DNA of 29,737 nucleotides from Acetobacterales bacterium (GTDB taxonomy: Bacteria > Pseudomonadota > Alphaproteobacteria > Acetobacterales > Acetobacteraceae). The stretch spans positions 1 to 29,737 of the forward strand of contig CAXNGD010000001.1 of NCBI GenBank assembly GCA_964201575.1, written 5' to 3'. Made by a program: the position numbers and the translations under genes. Positions 1 to 7,961 of this stretch are shown piece after piece. The notes beneath the pieces were generated by a model. The model did no database searches. It had not been told where the DNA came from and saw only the letters and a list, made by a program, of their open reading frames with translations. Position 1 is the first letter of the stretch. Each line of letters begins with the position of its first letter.

Positions 1-67
1 CGTCCTGCAAACGAAGCTCAATCGTCGTCCGATCAACAATCGTCAGCGCGCGTCGGTGAGAACCCAT
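1..67 (-). CDS. N-terminal 22 codons of a probable IS30-family transposase (partial, runs off the window)
   Basis: ATG at 67 (minus) gives MGSHRRALTIVDRTTIELRLQD, resembling the IS30 N-terminal HTH start (xxLTxxERxxIExxLxxG). Absent from the ORF track because it is truncated by the edge. Purine-rich AGGATAGGG lies upstream. Confidence 0.55.
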   Translation of the reverse strand, partial: MGSHRRALTIVDRTTIELRLQD

Positions 68-126
68 CGGGACACCCTATCCTATAGGGCCTCCCGGCGG
101 CGTTCGCTCCCAAACTTGAATCCGTC
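1..126 (-). mobile_element. Left end of a probable IS30-family insertion sequence (continues beyond the window's left edge)
   Basis: Minus strand 126->101 reads GACGGATTCAAGTTTGGGAGCGAACG. It shares GATTCAA and AAC at the same offsets as the 26-bp IS30 terminal IR as I recall it (TGTAGATTCAATTGGTCAACGCAACA). An ORF with an IS30-like N-terminus starts 59 nt inside, and the junction interrupts a repeat seen intact elsewhere in the window. The other end is not visible. Confidence 0.55.
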
Positions 127-169
127 CTTCTTTTTGTTCACAAAAAGAAGAGTCTTCCTGCCCCTTGCC
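127..169. repeat. AT-rich palindromic intergenic repeat, copy 1 (right arm only)
   Basis: 127-150 CTTCTTTTTG-TTCA-CAAAAAGAAG is a perfect 10-bp hairpin, identical to 12487-12510. It is followed by agtcttcctgccccttgcc, similar to attcttccttccgcttgac after copy 3. Confidence 0.9.
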
Positions 170-173
170 TTGG

Positions 174-512
174 TCAATCCTCGACCGGGGCCCAGCCGTT
201 CGCAACAAAGCAGGCCCGGCGTTCCTGGATGCGGGGGCGCAGGTGGTCGTCGGTGATGGTCATTTGCGGGGGTTCGAAATAGCCGCCGAACCAGGTGCAG
301 CGGCCGCGGTTGTCGCAGGAGCGGATGGGGGGGACCCAGCGGGCGGGGAACATCACTTCCTCGCGCAGGCGCGGCGGCCAGAGGTTGTTGGCGTGGGCGT
401 CGCACTGGGCCTGCATGGCGCGGAAATCGGCTTCAGTGGCGCCGGGCTTGGCCCATTTGGTGGCGCAGCCGGACAGCAGCAGCAGGGCGACGAGGAGGAG
501 GGTGCGGGTCAT
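174..512 (-). CDS. Small hypothetical lipoprotein (112 aa)
   Basis: MTRTLLLVALLLLSGC has a hydrophobic signal and lipobox LSGC. There are four further Cys. Its ATG overlaps the upstream methyltransferase stop (ATGA, 509-512). Confidence 0.8.
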   Translation of the reverse strand: MTRTLLLVALLLLSGCATKWAKPGATEADFRAMQAQCDAHANNLWPPRLREEVMFPARWVPPIRSCDNRGRCTWFGGYFEPPQMTITDDHLRPRIQERRACFVANGWAPVED

Positions 513-1216
513 GCGGCTTCGGCCAGGACCATGCGGCGGCGGGCGACGGGCATCGGGATGGCGGCGAACATATCCTTGGCGGCCTCGGTTATGGTGACGC
601 CGGCGAAGCGGGGGAGGTAGCGCCGGCCGGTGCGTTCCCAGAGGCGGGCGCCGCGTTGCAGCAGGCGGATATTGCTGGGCGGCAGAAACAGGGCGGTGTC
701 GCGGCGTTCAACGCGGAACAGGCTGGCGGCCATCAGGCGGCCGACCTGGCCAGGGGAGTAGGGGGTGCCGTGGCCGAAGGGGGTGCTTTCGAGATGGGCC
801 CACATGCCGCTGCGGTTGGGGGTGACAACGAGGAGGCGGCCATCGTCCTTGAGCACGCGCCAGATCTCGCGCAGCAGGCGGCGGGCGTTTTCGGCGGATT
901 CGAGGCCGTGCACCAATAGGACGCGGTCGAAGCAGAGGTCAGGGAAGGGGAGGGCGTCTTCCTCGGCGGTGCAGGAGAGGTTGGCGCTGCCGACCGGCCA
1001 GCGGGCGGCGCCGATCTGGGCGGGGGTGAGGGCGATGCAGCGGGCGGCTTCCTCGCGCCAGAGGCGGAGATAGGGGGCGGTGTAGCCGAGGCCGAGGACG
1101 GCCTGGCCCGGCAGGCTGGGCCAGAGCACGGACAAGCGCTCGCGCACCAGCATGGCGGCGAGGGCACCGCGGCGGGTGGCGTAGAACTCGGCGGCTGCGT
1201 GGGCGTCGGATACCAT
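509..1216 (-). CDS. Class I SAM-dependent methyltransferase (type 11; YafS-like, divergent from gloB)
   Basis: VLGLGY SAM-binding-like motif, LPFPDLCFDRVLLVHGLE, LREIWRVLKDDGRLLVV. The divergent position relative to gloB is a known conserved arrangement. Confidence 0.88.
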   Translation of the reverse strand: MVSDAHAAAEFYATRRGALAAMLVRERLSVLWPSLPGQAVLGLGYTAPYLRLWREEAARCIALTPAQIGAARWPVGSANLSCTAEEDALPFPDLCFDRVLLVHGLESAENARRLLREIWRVLKDDGRLLVVTPNRSGMWAHLESTPFGHGTPYSPGQVGRLMAASLFRVERRDTALFLPPSNIRLLQRGARLWERTGRRYLPRFAGVTITEAAKDMFAAIPMPVARRRMVLAEAA

Positions 1217-1253
1217 CTTCGCAGTATAGCAGCCCCGGTGCTATTGTGGGCGG
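1217..1253. promoter_or_regulatory. 37-bp divergent promoter region with two -10-like hexamers, each 6 nt before an ATG
   Basis: Plus strand: GC-TATTGT (1242-1247), 6 nt, then ATG 1254. Minus strand: GC-TATACT (1228-1223), 6 nt, then ATG 1216. Neither gene has an SD. Confidence 0.55.
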
Positions 1254-1988
1254 ATGATCACAGCAACGCTCATCCCCATCCTGCAAGACAACTACGCCTG
1301 GCTGCTGCACGACGCGCAAAGCGGGTGTCGCGCCATTGTCGATCCGGCCGAGGTGGACCCCGTGGTGGCCGGCATCGAGGCGGCGATCGCCAAGGAGGGC
1401 GGCACGATCGACATGATCCTGTTGACCCATCACCACGGCGACCACATCGCCGGCACCGATGCCATCCGGGCGCGCTATGGCATTCCGGTGGTGGGTGCGC
1501 GGGCCGATGCGCATCGGCTGCCGAAGCTGGACCGCGAGGTTTGGGAGGGGTCGGAGGTTGATATCGGAGCCTCGACGGCGTGGGTCTACGAGACGCCGGG
1601 GCATACGCGCGGGCATATCAGCTATTATTTCGCGGATGGCGGCGTTCTGCTGAGCGGCGACACGCTGTTCAGCCTGGGCTGCGGTCGGTTGCTGGAGGGG
1701 AATGCGGGCGAAATGTTCGCCAGCCTGATGAAGTTCGCCGCACTGCCGGGCGAGACGCTGGTGTGCTGCGGGCATGAGTATACCGAGAGCAATGCGCGGT
1801 TTGCGCGGCACGCGGACCCGGAGAACCTCGACCTGCTGGCCTATGCCGAGCGGGTCACGGAGCTGCGGGCGATGGGGATGCCGACGCTGCCGAGCCTGTT
1901 GTCCGACGAGATGGCATGCAATCCGTTCCTGCGCGCGGGGGATGTGGCGACGCTGGCGGATTTGCGCGGGCGGAAGGACAAGTTCTAG
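1254..1988 (+). CDS. gloB: Hydroxyacylglutathione hydrolase (glyoxalase II)
   Basis: DNYAWLL, THHHGDHIAG (MBL THxHxDH), TPGHTRGH, SGDTLFSLGCGRL, CGHEYTESN, NPFLR. Confidence 0.96.
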   Translation: MITATLIPILQDNYAWLLHDAQSGCRAIVDPAEVDPVVAGIEAAIAKEGGTIDMILLTHHHGDHIAGTDAIRARYGIPVVGARADAHRLPKLDREVWEGSEVDIGASTAWVYETPGHTRGHISYYFADGGVLLSGDTLFSLGCGRLLEGNAGEMFASLMKFAALPGETLVCCGHEYTESNARFARHADPENLDLLAYAERVTELRAMGMPTLPSLLSDEMACNPFLRAGDVATLADLRGRKDKF

Positions 1989-2124
1989 GAAGGAAGGGTT
2001 CTTTTTTGAAAAAAAGAACCAAAAAACTTTTATCCATTTGCACAGGTACCACCCGGAGATGCCGGGTGCAAATGGATATAGTCTTTTTGCTTCTTTTTCT
2101 TCAGAAAAAGAAGGCCTTGCCTTG
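1989..2124. repeat. AT-rich multi-hairpin intergenic repeat, copy 2 (complete)
   Basis: Left hairpin GGTTCTTTTT-TGAA-AAAAAGAACC (1997-2020). Perfect 13-bp inner IR TATCCATTTGCAC (2031-2043) / GTGCAAATGGATA (2066-2078). Right hairpin CTTCTTTTTC-TTCA-GAAAAAGAAG (2090-2113). Confidence 0.9.
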
Positions 2125-2262
2125 TTGCCTCGACCCTAAGCCGCGGCCTTGTCGCGGGAGGCCGCGGAAGCCCCTACTTTCTCAGAGGGTTTTGGGTTAT
2201 ACCTGCTCCTGAATGCGAAGTTCGCGCCCGGGCGATCCCCGCCGGGTTCAGGAGCGTGGCCG

Positions 2263-4758
2263 ATGGCGATGGCCCTTTCACTTAGCCGGCTGGCGTCCCC
2301 GAAGCTGCGCAGCATGTTCTGGCGGCGGTTGGCCGGGTTGGGCGCGATGGTGCTGGCCGCCGGGGCGGTGGTGCTGTTGGCGGTGTTGTTGACCTATGAC
2401 GCGCAGGACCCGTCACTGAACACGGCGACGGCGCGCACGGCACATAATGTGCTGGGCGTCCCCGGGGCGATGCTGGCCGATCTGTTGTTGCAGGGATTTG
2501 GGGCGGCGGCGGCGTTGCCGGGGCTGGCGTTGCTGGCCTGGGCGTGGCGGCTGGGGGCGGGCCATGCGGGCGGGCGCGGGACGGGGCCGTGGCGGCTGGT
2601 GGCGCTGCTGGCGGCGTTGCCGGTGCTGGCGGCGGCCTTGTCGGCCGGGGCGGCGCTGTTGGGCACCAGCCCGGTGTGGCCGACGGCGGCGGGGCCGGGC
2701 GGGGCGGCGGGGTTGCTGGTGTCCGCCGATGCCATGACGGCCGGGCGAGGATTGATGGGCCGGGCCGGCGGGGCGGTAGTGTGGGGGTTGTTGAGCCTGC
2801 TGGCGCTGGTGCTGGTGCTGATGGCGCTTGGGCTGTCGCTGGCGGAATGGCGGGGGGCGGTGCGGCTTGTGGGGCGGATGGTGCGGCGGATGCGCCATGC
2901 CGCGGCCTGGGTTGCCTTCATCGTGCGGCGGATTGCCTGGGGCGGGGCCTGGGTGATCAACCGGGTGAACGGGGGCGGGGCCGGGGTGGCGGCGCCGGTG
3001 CCGGTGGCGCATGGACCGGTTTGGGGCGGGCGGGAGGCGCCGGAGATCGCGATCCCGCGCGCGCCCGAGCCGACGCAGCCGCCGTCGCGCCCGCCGGTGG
3101 TGCCGCCGGTTGCCGAGGCGGAGGACATCGCGTCGCCGCAGGTCACGCCGCTGGCCGTCGTGGTGTCGCGCCCACCGCCGGTGAAGCCGGCGCCGCCGCG
3201 CAAGCTGGCGATGCCGAAGCAGGTGGAGCTGCCGCTGGATGTCGGCACCTGGAAGCTGCCGCCGCTGGAGCTGTTGACGCCGGCGCCGGCGCGGGCGGCC
3301 GCGGGGATGCCGACGGCCGAGGCCCTGCAGGGCACGGCGCGGCAGCTGGAATCGGTGCTGTCGGATTACGGGGTGCAGGGCCAGATCGTGGCGATCCGGC
3401 CGGGACCGGTGGTGACGCTGTACGAGCTGGAGCCGGCGCCGGGGATCCGTTCGGCGCGGGTGATCGGGCTGGCCGATGACGTGGCCCGGTCGCTGTCGGT
3501 GACCGCGGTGCGCATCGCCACGGTGTCCGGGCGCAATGTGATCGGCATTGAGGTGCCGAATTCCAAGCGTGAGACGGTCTATCTCAGCGAGCTGATCAAC
3601 ACGCCGGACTGGGAGGAACAGGGCGGCAAGCTGGCGCTCGCCCTGGGCAAGGATATCGGCGGCTCGCCGATCATCGCCGACCTCGCCCGGATGCCGCATC
3701 TGCTGGTGGCCGGCACCACGGGCTCGGGCAAGTCGGTTGGGATCAACGCGATGATCCTGTCGCTGCTCTACAAGCTTTCGCCCGACCAGTGCCGGTTGAT
3801 CCTGATCGATCCGAAGATGTTGGAGCTGTCGGTCTATGAGGGCATCCCGCATTTGATGGCGCCGGTGGTGACCGAGCCGGCCAAGGCGGTCGTCGCGCTG
3901 AAGTGGACGGTGCGGGAGATGGAGCGGCGGTATCGCGCGATGTCCGGGCTGAGCGTGCGCAATGTCACCGGCTATAACGAGCGGGTGATCGAGGCGCGCG
4001 CCAAGGGCGAGGTGGTCACGCGGCGGGTGCAGACGGGGTTCGACAGCGAGACCGGAAAGCCGATCTTCGAGGATCAGCCGCTGGCGCTGGAGACCCTGCC
4101 GTTCATCGTGGTGATCATCGACGAGATGGCCGACCTGATGATGGTGGCCGGCAAGGAGATCGAGGTCACCGTCCAGCGCCTGGCGCAGATGGCCCGCGCG
4201 GCCGGCATCCATGTGGTGATGGCGACCCAGCGGCCTTCGGTGGATGTGATCACCGGCACCATCAAGGCCAACTTCCCAACCCGCATCAGCTTCCAGGTAA
4301 TCAGCAAGTTCGACTCCCGGACCATCCTGGGCGAGCAAGGGGCCGAACAGCTGCTGGGTATGGGCGACATGCTCTACATGGCCGGCGGCGGACGCATCAC
4401 CCGGGTGCACGGCCCGTTCGTGACCGATCGCGAGGTGGAGGAAATCGTCGCCTATCTGCGCGAACAGGGCGAGCCGAACTATGTCGACGAGGTGACCGAA
4501 GCGCCGGACAATGACGACAGCCCCCTGGCCAGCATCGGCAGCGCCAGCGATGACGACAAGAGCCTGTTCGACCAGGCAGTCTCGGTGGTGGCGCGCGATG
4601 GCAAGGCCAGCACCAGCTACATCCAGCGCAAGCTGGCGATCGGCTACAACAAGGCGGCGCGGCTGGTGGAGCAGATGGAAACCGAAGGCATTGTCGGGCC
4701 GGCCTCGCCCACCGGGAAACGCGAGATCCTGGTGCGCCGGACGCACGACGAGGATTGA
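2263..4758 (+). CDS. ftsK: DNA translocase FtsK
   Basis: N-terminal TM segments, Pro-rich linker, [14 protein letters not shown], Walker [43 protein letters not shown], and gamma domain [19 protein letters not shown]. Start moved from 2149 to ATG 2263 (AGGAG at 2250-2254). Confidence 0.96.
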   Translation: MAMALSLSRLASPKLRSMFWRRLAGLGAMVLAAGAVVLLAVLLTYDAQDPSLNTATARTAHNVLGVPGAMLADLLLQGFGAAAALPGLALLAWAWRLGAGHAGGRGTGPWRLVALLAALPVLAAALSAGAALLGTSPVWPTAAGPGGAAGLLVSADAMTAGRGLMGRAGGAVVWGLLSLLALVLVLMALGLSLAEWRGAVRLVGRMVRRMRHAAAWVAFIVRRIAWGGAWVINRVNGGGAGVAAPVPVAHGPVWGGREAPEIAIPRAPEPTQPPSRPPVVPPVAEAEDIASPQVTPLAVVVSRPPPVKPAPPRKLAMPKQVELPLDVGTWKLPPLELLTPAPARAAAGMPTAEALQGTARQLESVLSDYGVQGQIVAIRPGPVVTLYELEPAPGIRSARVIGLADDVARSLSVTAVRIATVSGRNVIGIEVPNSKRETVYLSELINTPDWEEQGGKLALALGKDIGGSPIIADLARMPHLLVAGTTGSGKSVGINAMILSLLYKLSPDQCRLILIDPKMLELSVYEGIPHLMAPVVTEPAKAVVALKWTVREMERRYRAMSGLSVRNVTGYNERVIEARAKGEVVTRRVQTGFDSETGKPIFEDQPLALETLPFIVVIIDEMADLMMVAGKEIEVTVQRLAQMARAAGIHVVMATQRPSVDVITGTIKANFPTRISFQVISKFDSRTILGEQGAEQLLGMGDMLYMAGGGRITRVHGPFVTDREVEEIVAYLREQGEPNYVDEVTEAPDNDDSPLASIGSASDDDKSLFDQAVSVVARDGKASTSYIQRKLAIGYNKAARLVEQMETEGIVGPASPTGKREILVRRTHDED

Positions 4759-4788
4759 GGGCGGGCCTGGCGTTCGCGCCCGGGGGTG

Positions 4789-5841
4789 TCAGCCCTTGCG
4801 CGTGGCCAACGCCTGAACGGCCTGTTCGACCAGTTCGGCGATGATGTCGGCGGCGGTCTGGATTTTGGTGACCATGCCGACGGACTGGCCGGCCATCACC
4901 GAGCCGGTCTCGACATCGCCGTCGATCACTGCGCGGCGCAGGGCGCCGGCCCAGAAGTGCTCGATGGCGAGCTGGGCGGCTTCCTTGGTCAGTTCGCCGG
5001 ACTGGAAGCGCTTGAGGGTCTCGGCCTGGTGGTCCAGGAATTTCTTGGTGCCGGCATTGACCAGGCCGCGCACCGGGATCACCGGGAAGCGCTCGTCGAG
5101 CTGGATCGAGGGCAGCGCGTCGCGGGCATTGGCGCGGATGAAGGCCTTCTTGAAGTTCTCGTGGGCGATGCTTTCGGTGGCGGCGGCGAAACGGGTGCCA
5201 AGCTGGGCCCCGCTGGCGCCCATTTCCAGGTAGGACAGGATCGCCTCGCCGCGACCCAGCCCGCCGGCGACGAAGACCGGCACGTCGCGCAGATGCGGCA
5301 GGATCTCCTGGGCCAGCACGGTGAGCGAGACCGGGCCGATATGGCCGCCGGCCTCGCTGCCCTCGATGATGATGGCATCGGCCCCCGAGCGCACCAGGCG
5401 CTTGGCCAGGACCAGGGCGGGGGCAAAGGCGATCAGCGTGGCACCGCTGTCCTTGACCGCGCGCACCGCAGACCCCGGCGGGATGCCGCCGGCGAGCACC
5501 ACATGGCTCATGCGGGCCTCCAGGCAGACGCGCACGAGGTCGTCGAGCTGCGGGTGCATGGTGATCAGGTTGACACCGAACGGCTTGCTGGTGAGCGCTT
5601 GGGTGGCGGCGATCTCGCGGGCCAACAGGTCAGGGCCCATCGAGCCGCAGGCGATCACGCCGAAGCCGCCGGCGTTGGAGATGGCGGACACCAGGTTGTG
5701 CTCGCTGACCCAGCTCATGGCGCCGGCGAGGATGGCGAATTCGGTGCCCAGGAAGGCGCGGCCCCTGGCCCAGAGCCGGTCCAGCTCGGCGCGGGCGGCG
5801 GCGCGGGACGCGCCGTGGGACTGGGCGGAGATGTCAGTCAT
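4789..5841 (-). CDS. Nitronate monooxygenase / FabK-like FMN-dependent oxidoreductase
   Basis: GAMSWVS, AGGFGVIA, KPFGVNL, IIEGSEAGGHIG, VFVAGGLGRG, GAQLGTRF, GSVMAGQSVG. The physiological role (NMO versus enoyl-ACP reductase II) cannot be resolved from sequence. Confidence 0.88.
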   Translation of the reverse strand: MTDISAQSHGASRAAARAELDRLWARGRAFLGTEFAILAGAMSWVSEHNLVSAISNAGGFGVIACGSMGPDLLAREIAATQALTSKPFGVNLITMHPQLDDLVRVCLEARMSHVVLAGGIPPGSAVRAVKDSGATLIAFAPALVLAKRLVRSGADAIIIEGSEAGGHIGPVSLTVLAQEILPHLRDVPVFVAGGLGRGEAILSYLEMGASGAQLGTRFAAATESIAHENFKKAFIRANARDALPSIQLDERFPVIPVRGLVNAGTKKFLDHQAETLKRFQSGELTKEAAQLAIEHFWAGALRRAVIDGDVETGSVMAGQSVGMVTKIQTAADIIAELVEQAVQALATRKG

Positions 5842-5936
5842 GCGGCTATTGCCCCCTGCCTGTCCCTCGCCGGGCGGGCGAGGGGACGTCGTGGCATCAT
5901 CGCGCCAACGGTCGCGTTACGCGAGCGGAATGTCAT

Positions 5937-7169
5937 CTAGGTGGCGTCAAGCCCATAGGCGGTGTGCAGCGCGCGCACCGCAAGCTCGGTGTATTCGGCG
6001 CCGATCAGGACGGAGACCTTGATCTCGCTGGTGGAGATCACCTGGATGTTGATCCCCTTGGCGGCCAGCGCCGAGAACATCGTCCGCGCCACCCCGGCAT
6101 GGCTGCGCATGCCGACGCCGACCACGCTGATTTTGGCCACCTCGGGGTCGCACAGCAGCTCAGCATAACCGATTTCGCTTTGGTGCGCGGCCAGGGTGGC
6201 CTGGGCGCGCGGCAGGTCAGTGCGGCCGATGGTGAAGGTGAGGTCGGTGGTGCTGTCCGCCGAGACGTTCTGGACGATCATGTCGACATTGACGTTGGCG
6301 TCCGAAAGCGGGCCGAAGATGGCGGCGGCGATGCCGGGCCGGTCGGGCACGCGCCGCACCGTGATCTTGGCCTCGTCGCGCGAATAGGCGATGCCGGCCA
6401 CCAGGGCTTTTTCCATGATCTCTTCCTCGTCCACCACCATTGTGCCCGGCAGGTTGGCGCCGGTCTCGTCGCCGAAGCTGGACAGCACCTGGACCCGCAC
6501 CCGCTCTTTCATGGCGAGTTCGACGGAGCGGGTTTGCAGCACCTTGGCCCCCACCGAGGCGAGTTCCAGCATTTCCTCATAGGCGATCTTGGCCAGTTTG
6601 CGGGCCTTGGGCACGATGCGCGGGTCGGTCGTGTAGACGCCGTCGACATCGGTGTAGATGTCGCAGCGATCGGCCTTGAGTGCGGCAGCCAGGGCGACCG
6701 CCGAGGTGTCCGAGCCGCCGCGGCCGAGCGTGGTGATGCGGTTGTCCGGGCTGATGCCCTGGAAACCCGCCACCACCGGCACCCGGCCGGCCTGCATGTG
6801 GGCAATCAGGGCCGCACCGTCGATGCTGTCGATGCGCGCCTTGCCGTGCGCGTCATCGGTGACCAGTGGGATCTGCCAGCCGGCGAAGGAACGGGCGTCA
6901 ATGCCGATGGTCTGCAGCGCGATCGCGGTGAGGCCCGAGGTGACGTTCTCGCCGGTTGCCACCACGGCATCGTATTCGCGCTGGTCATGCAGCGGCGAGA
7001 GGTCCTGGCAGTATTTCACCAGTGTGTTGGTCACGCCGGACATGGCCGAGACGACCACGGCCACCTCGTTGCCGAGTTCGACCTCGCGCTTGACGCGCGC
7101 GGCCACGTTGCGGATGCGGTCGAGGTCGGCGACGGAGGTGCCGCCGAACTTCATCACGATGCGGGCCAT
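5937..7169 (-). CDS. lysC: Aspartate kinase
   Basis: MARIVMKFGGTSV, VVVSAMSG, TTLGRGGSDTSAVALA, TDVDGVYTTDPR, and C-terminal ACT domains (ISTSEIKVS). Start moved to ATG 7169. Confidence 0.96.
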   Translation of the reverse strand: MARIVMKFGGTSVADLDRIRNVAARVKREVELGNEVAVVVSAMSGVTNTLVKYCQDLSPLHDQREYDAVVATGENVTSGLTAIALQTIGIDARSFAGWQIPLVTDDAHGKARIDSIDGAALIAHMQAGRVPVVAGFQGISPDNRITTLGRGGSDTSAVALAAALKADRCDIYTDVDGVYTTDPRIVPKARKLAKIAYEEMLELASVGAKVLQTRSVELAMKERVRVQVLSSFGDETGANLPGTMVVDEEEIMEKALVAGIAYSRDEAKITVRRVPDRPGIAAAIFGPLSDANVNVDMIVQNVSADSTTDLTFTIGRTDLPRAQATLAAHQSEIGYAELLCDPEVAKISVVGVGMRSHAGVARTMFSALAAKGINIQVISTSEIKVSVLIGAEYTELAVRALHTAYGLDAT

Positions 7170-7290
7170 GGGGAGATGCGGGTGCCGTTGCTTGCGAGAG
7201 GGGCGGCACACATAACGGCGGGCGGGAGCCACGGCAACCTTGCGTGTGACGCGCCGCCGGGCTGTTCAGCTGGTTCGCGGCAGGCGCTGG

Positions 7291-7866
7291 CTAGAGGAGC
7301 CCACCCTCGCCGGCGCCACGATCGTCGAGTAGCGGGGTCCACGGCATCGCGCCATCGTCGGGGCCGGCGGCTGCAGCGACCGGGGCGCTGGCGGTGGCAA
7401 TGGTCAGGGCAGAGGGTGTACGCGGGAGCATGCCGAGCATCTCGACGAAATGCGCCTCGGTGATGACGTCCGCGGGGAGCAGCACCGCCTGCGGCGCGCC
7501 AACCGCGCTGCGTTCCGGGTGGCCCTCGCTACCGTCGCCGGGTAGGACCGCGGGCGCGAGAAAGACCGGCTCGACCGCCAATCCATAGGGTATGTCGATG
7601 ATCGTCGGTCCAAGCTGCGGAGGACCGCCGACCGCAATCTCGATCATCGGGTCGACAGGCGTCGGCAGTTTGACAGGCGTCGGCGGTTTGGTTGTGCCCG
7701 CGGCGATCTGGAGGGCCGCCGCGTTCAGCGCCGCCACCATTGCCTGAAGCGATACCATCGCCTGTTGGTTCATCGCCGCCATCTGCGCCTGGAAGCCCGG
7801 CGAGGCGATCAGCGCGGCCACGGTATCATCGACCAACGGCAGGTCTGGACTGAAATCGTTGGACAT
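7291..7866 (-). CDS. Hypothetical Pro/Ala-rich protein (about 191 aa)
   Basis: Fills the ubiG-lysC gap co-directionally. It reads like a real protein (MSNDFSPDLPLVDD...), with no recognisable family. Start uncertain (7866 preferred over 7944). Confidence 0.6.
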   Translation of the reverse strand: MSNDFSPDLPLVDDTVAALIASPGFQAQMAAMNQQAMVSLQAMVAALNAAALQIAAGTTKPPTPVKLPTPVDPMIEIAVGGPPQLGPTIIDIPYGLAVEPVFLAPAVLPGDGSEGHPERSAVGAPQAVLLPADVITEAHFVEMLGMLPRTPSALTIATASAPVAAAAGPDDGAMPWTPLLDDRGAGEGGLL

Positions 7867-7961
7867 GGGTGAACCCGAAGGCTGAAACACCGAGATTTTA
7901 GCGCTATTGAGGCCGGAATCACAGGAAACGCGCCATGCGCCCATTGCGCATCTGCCACGCC

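Noticed and set aside
1774-2212. ORFs containing KKNQKTF / FFKKE segments, and the extended starts at 2149 (ftsK), 9564 and 12494 (TauD-family)
   Set aside because: These are translations of or through the AT-rich repeat and its flanks. Better starts with SD sequences exist downstream.
2413-4746. Long antisense or alternative-frame ORFs (2413-4746, 4786-5940, 5964-7463, 9564-12422, 18166-20445, 21426-23249, 27813-29066, 27943-29736 and similar)
   Set aside because: They are shadows of well-supported genes on the opposite strand or frame. Stop codons are scarce at this GC content, and the products are Arg/Pro/His-rich without motifs.
7170-7290. Lysine riboswitch or attenuator before aspartate kinase
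   Set aside because: The region is too short (about 120 nt) and lacks recognisable L-box motifs. Only a weak promoter-like TTGCCG-17-TATGTG was seen.
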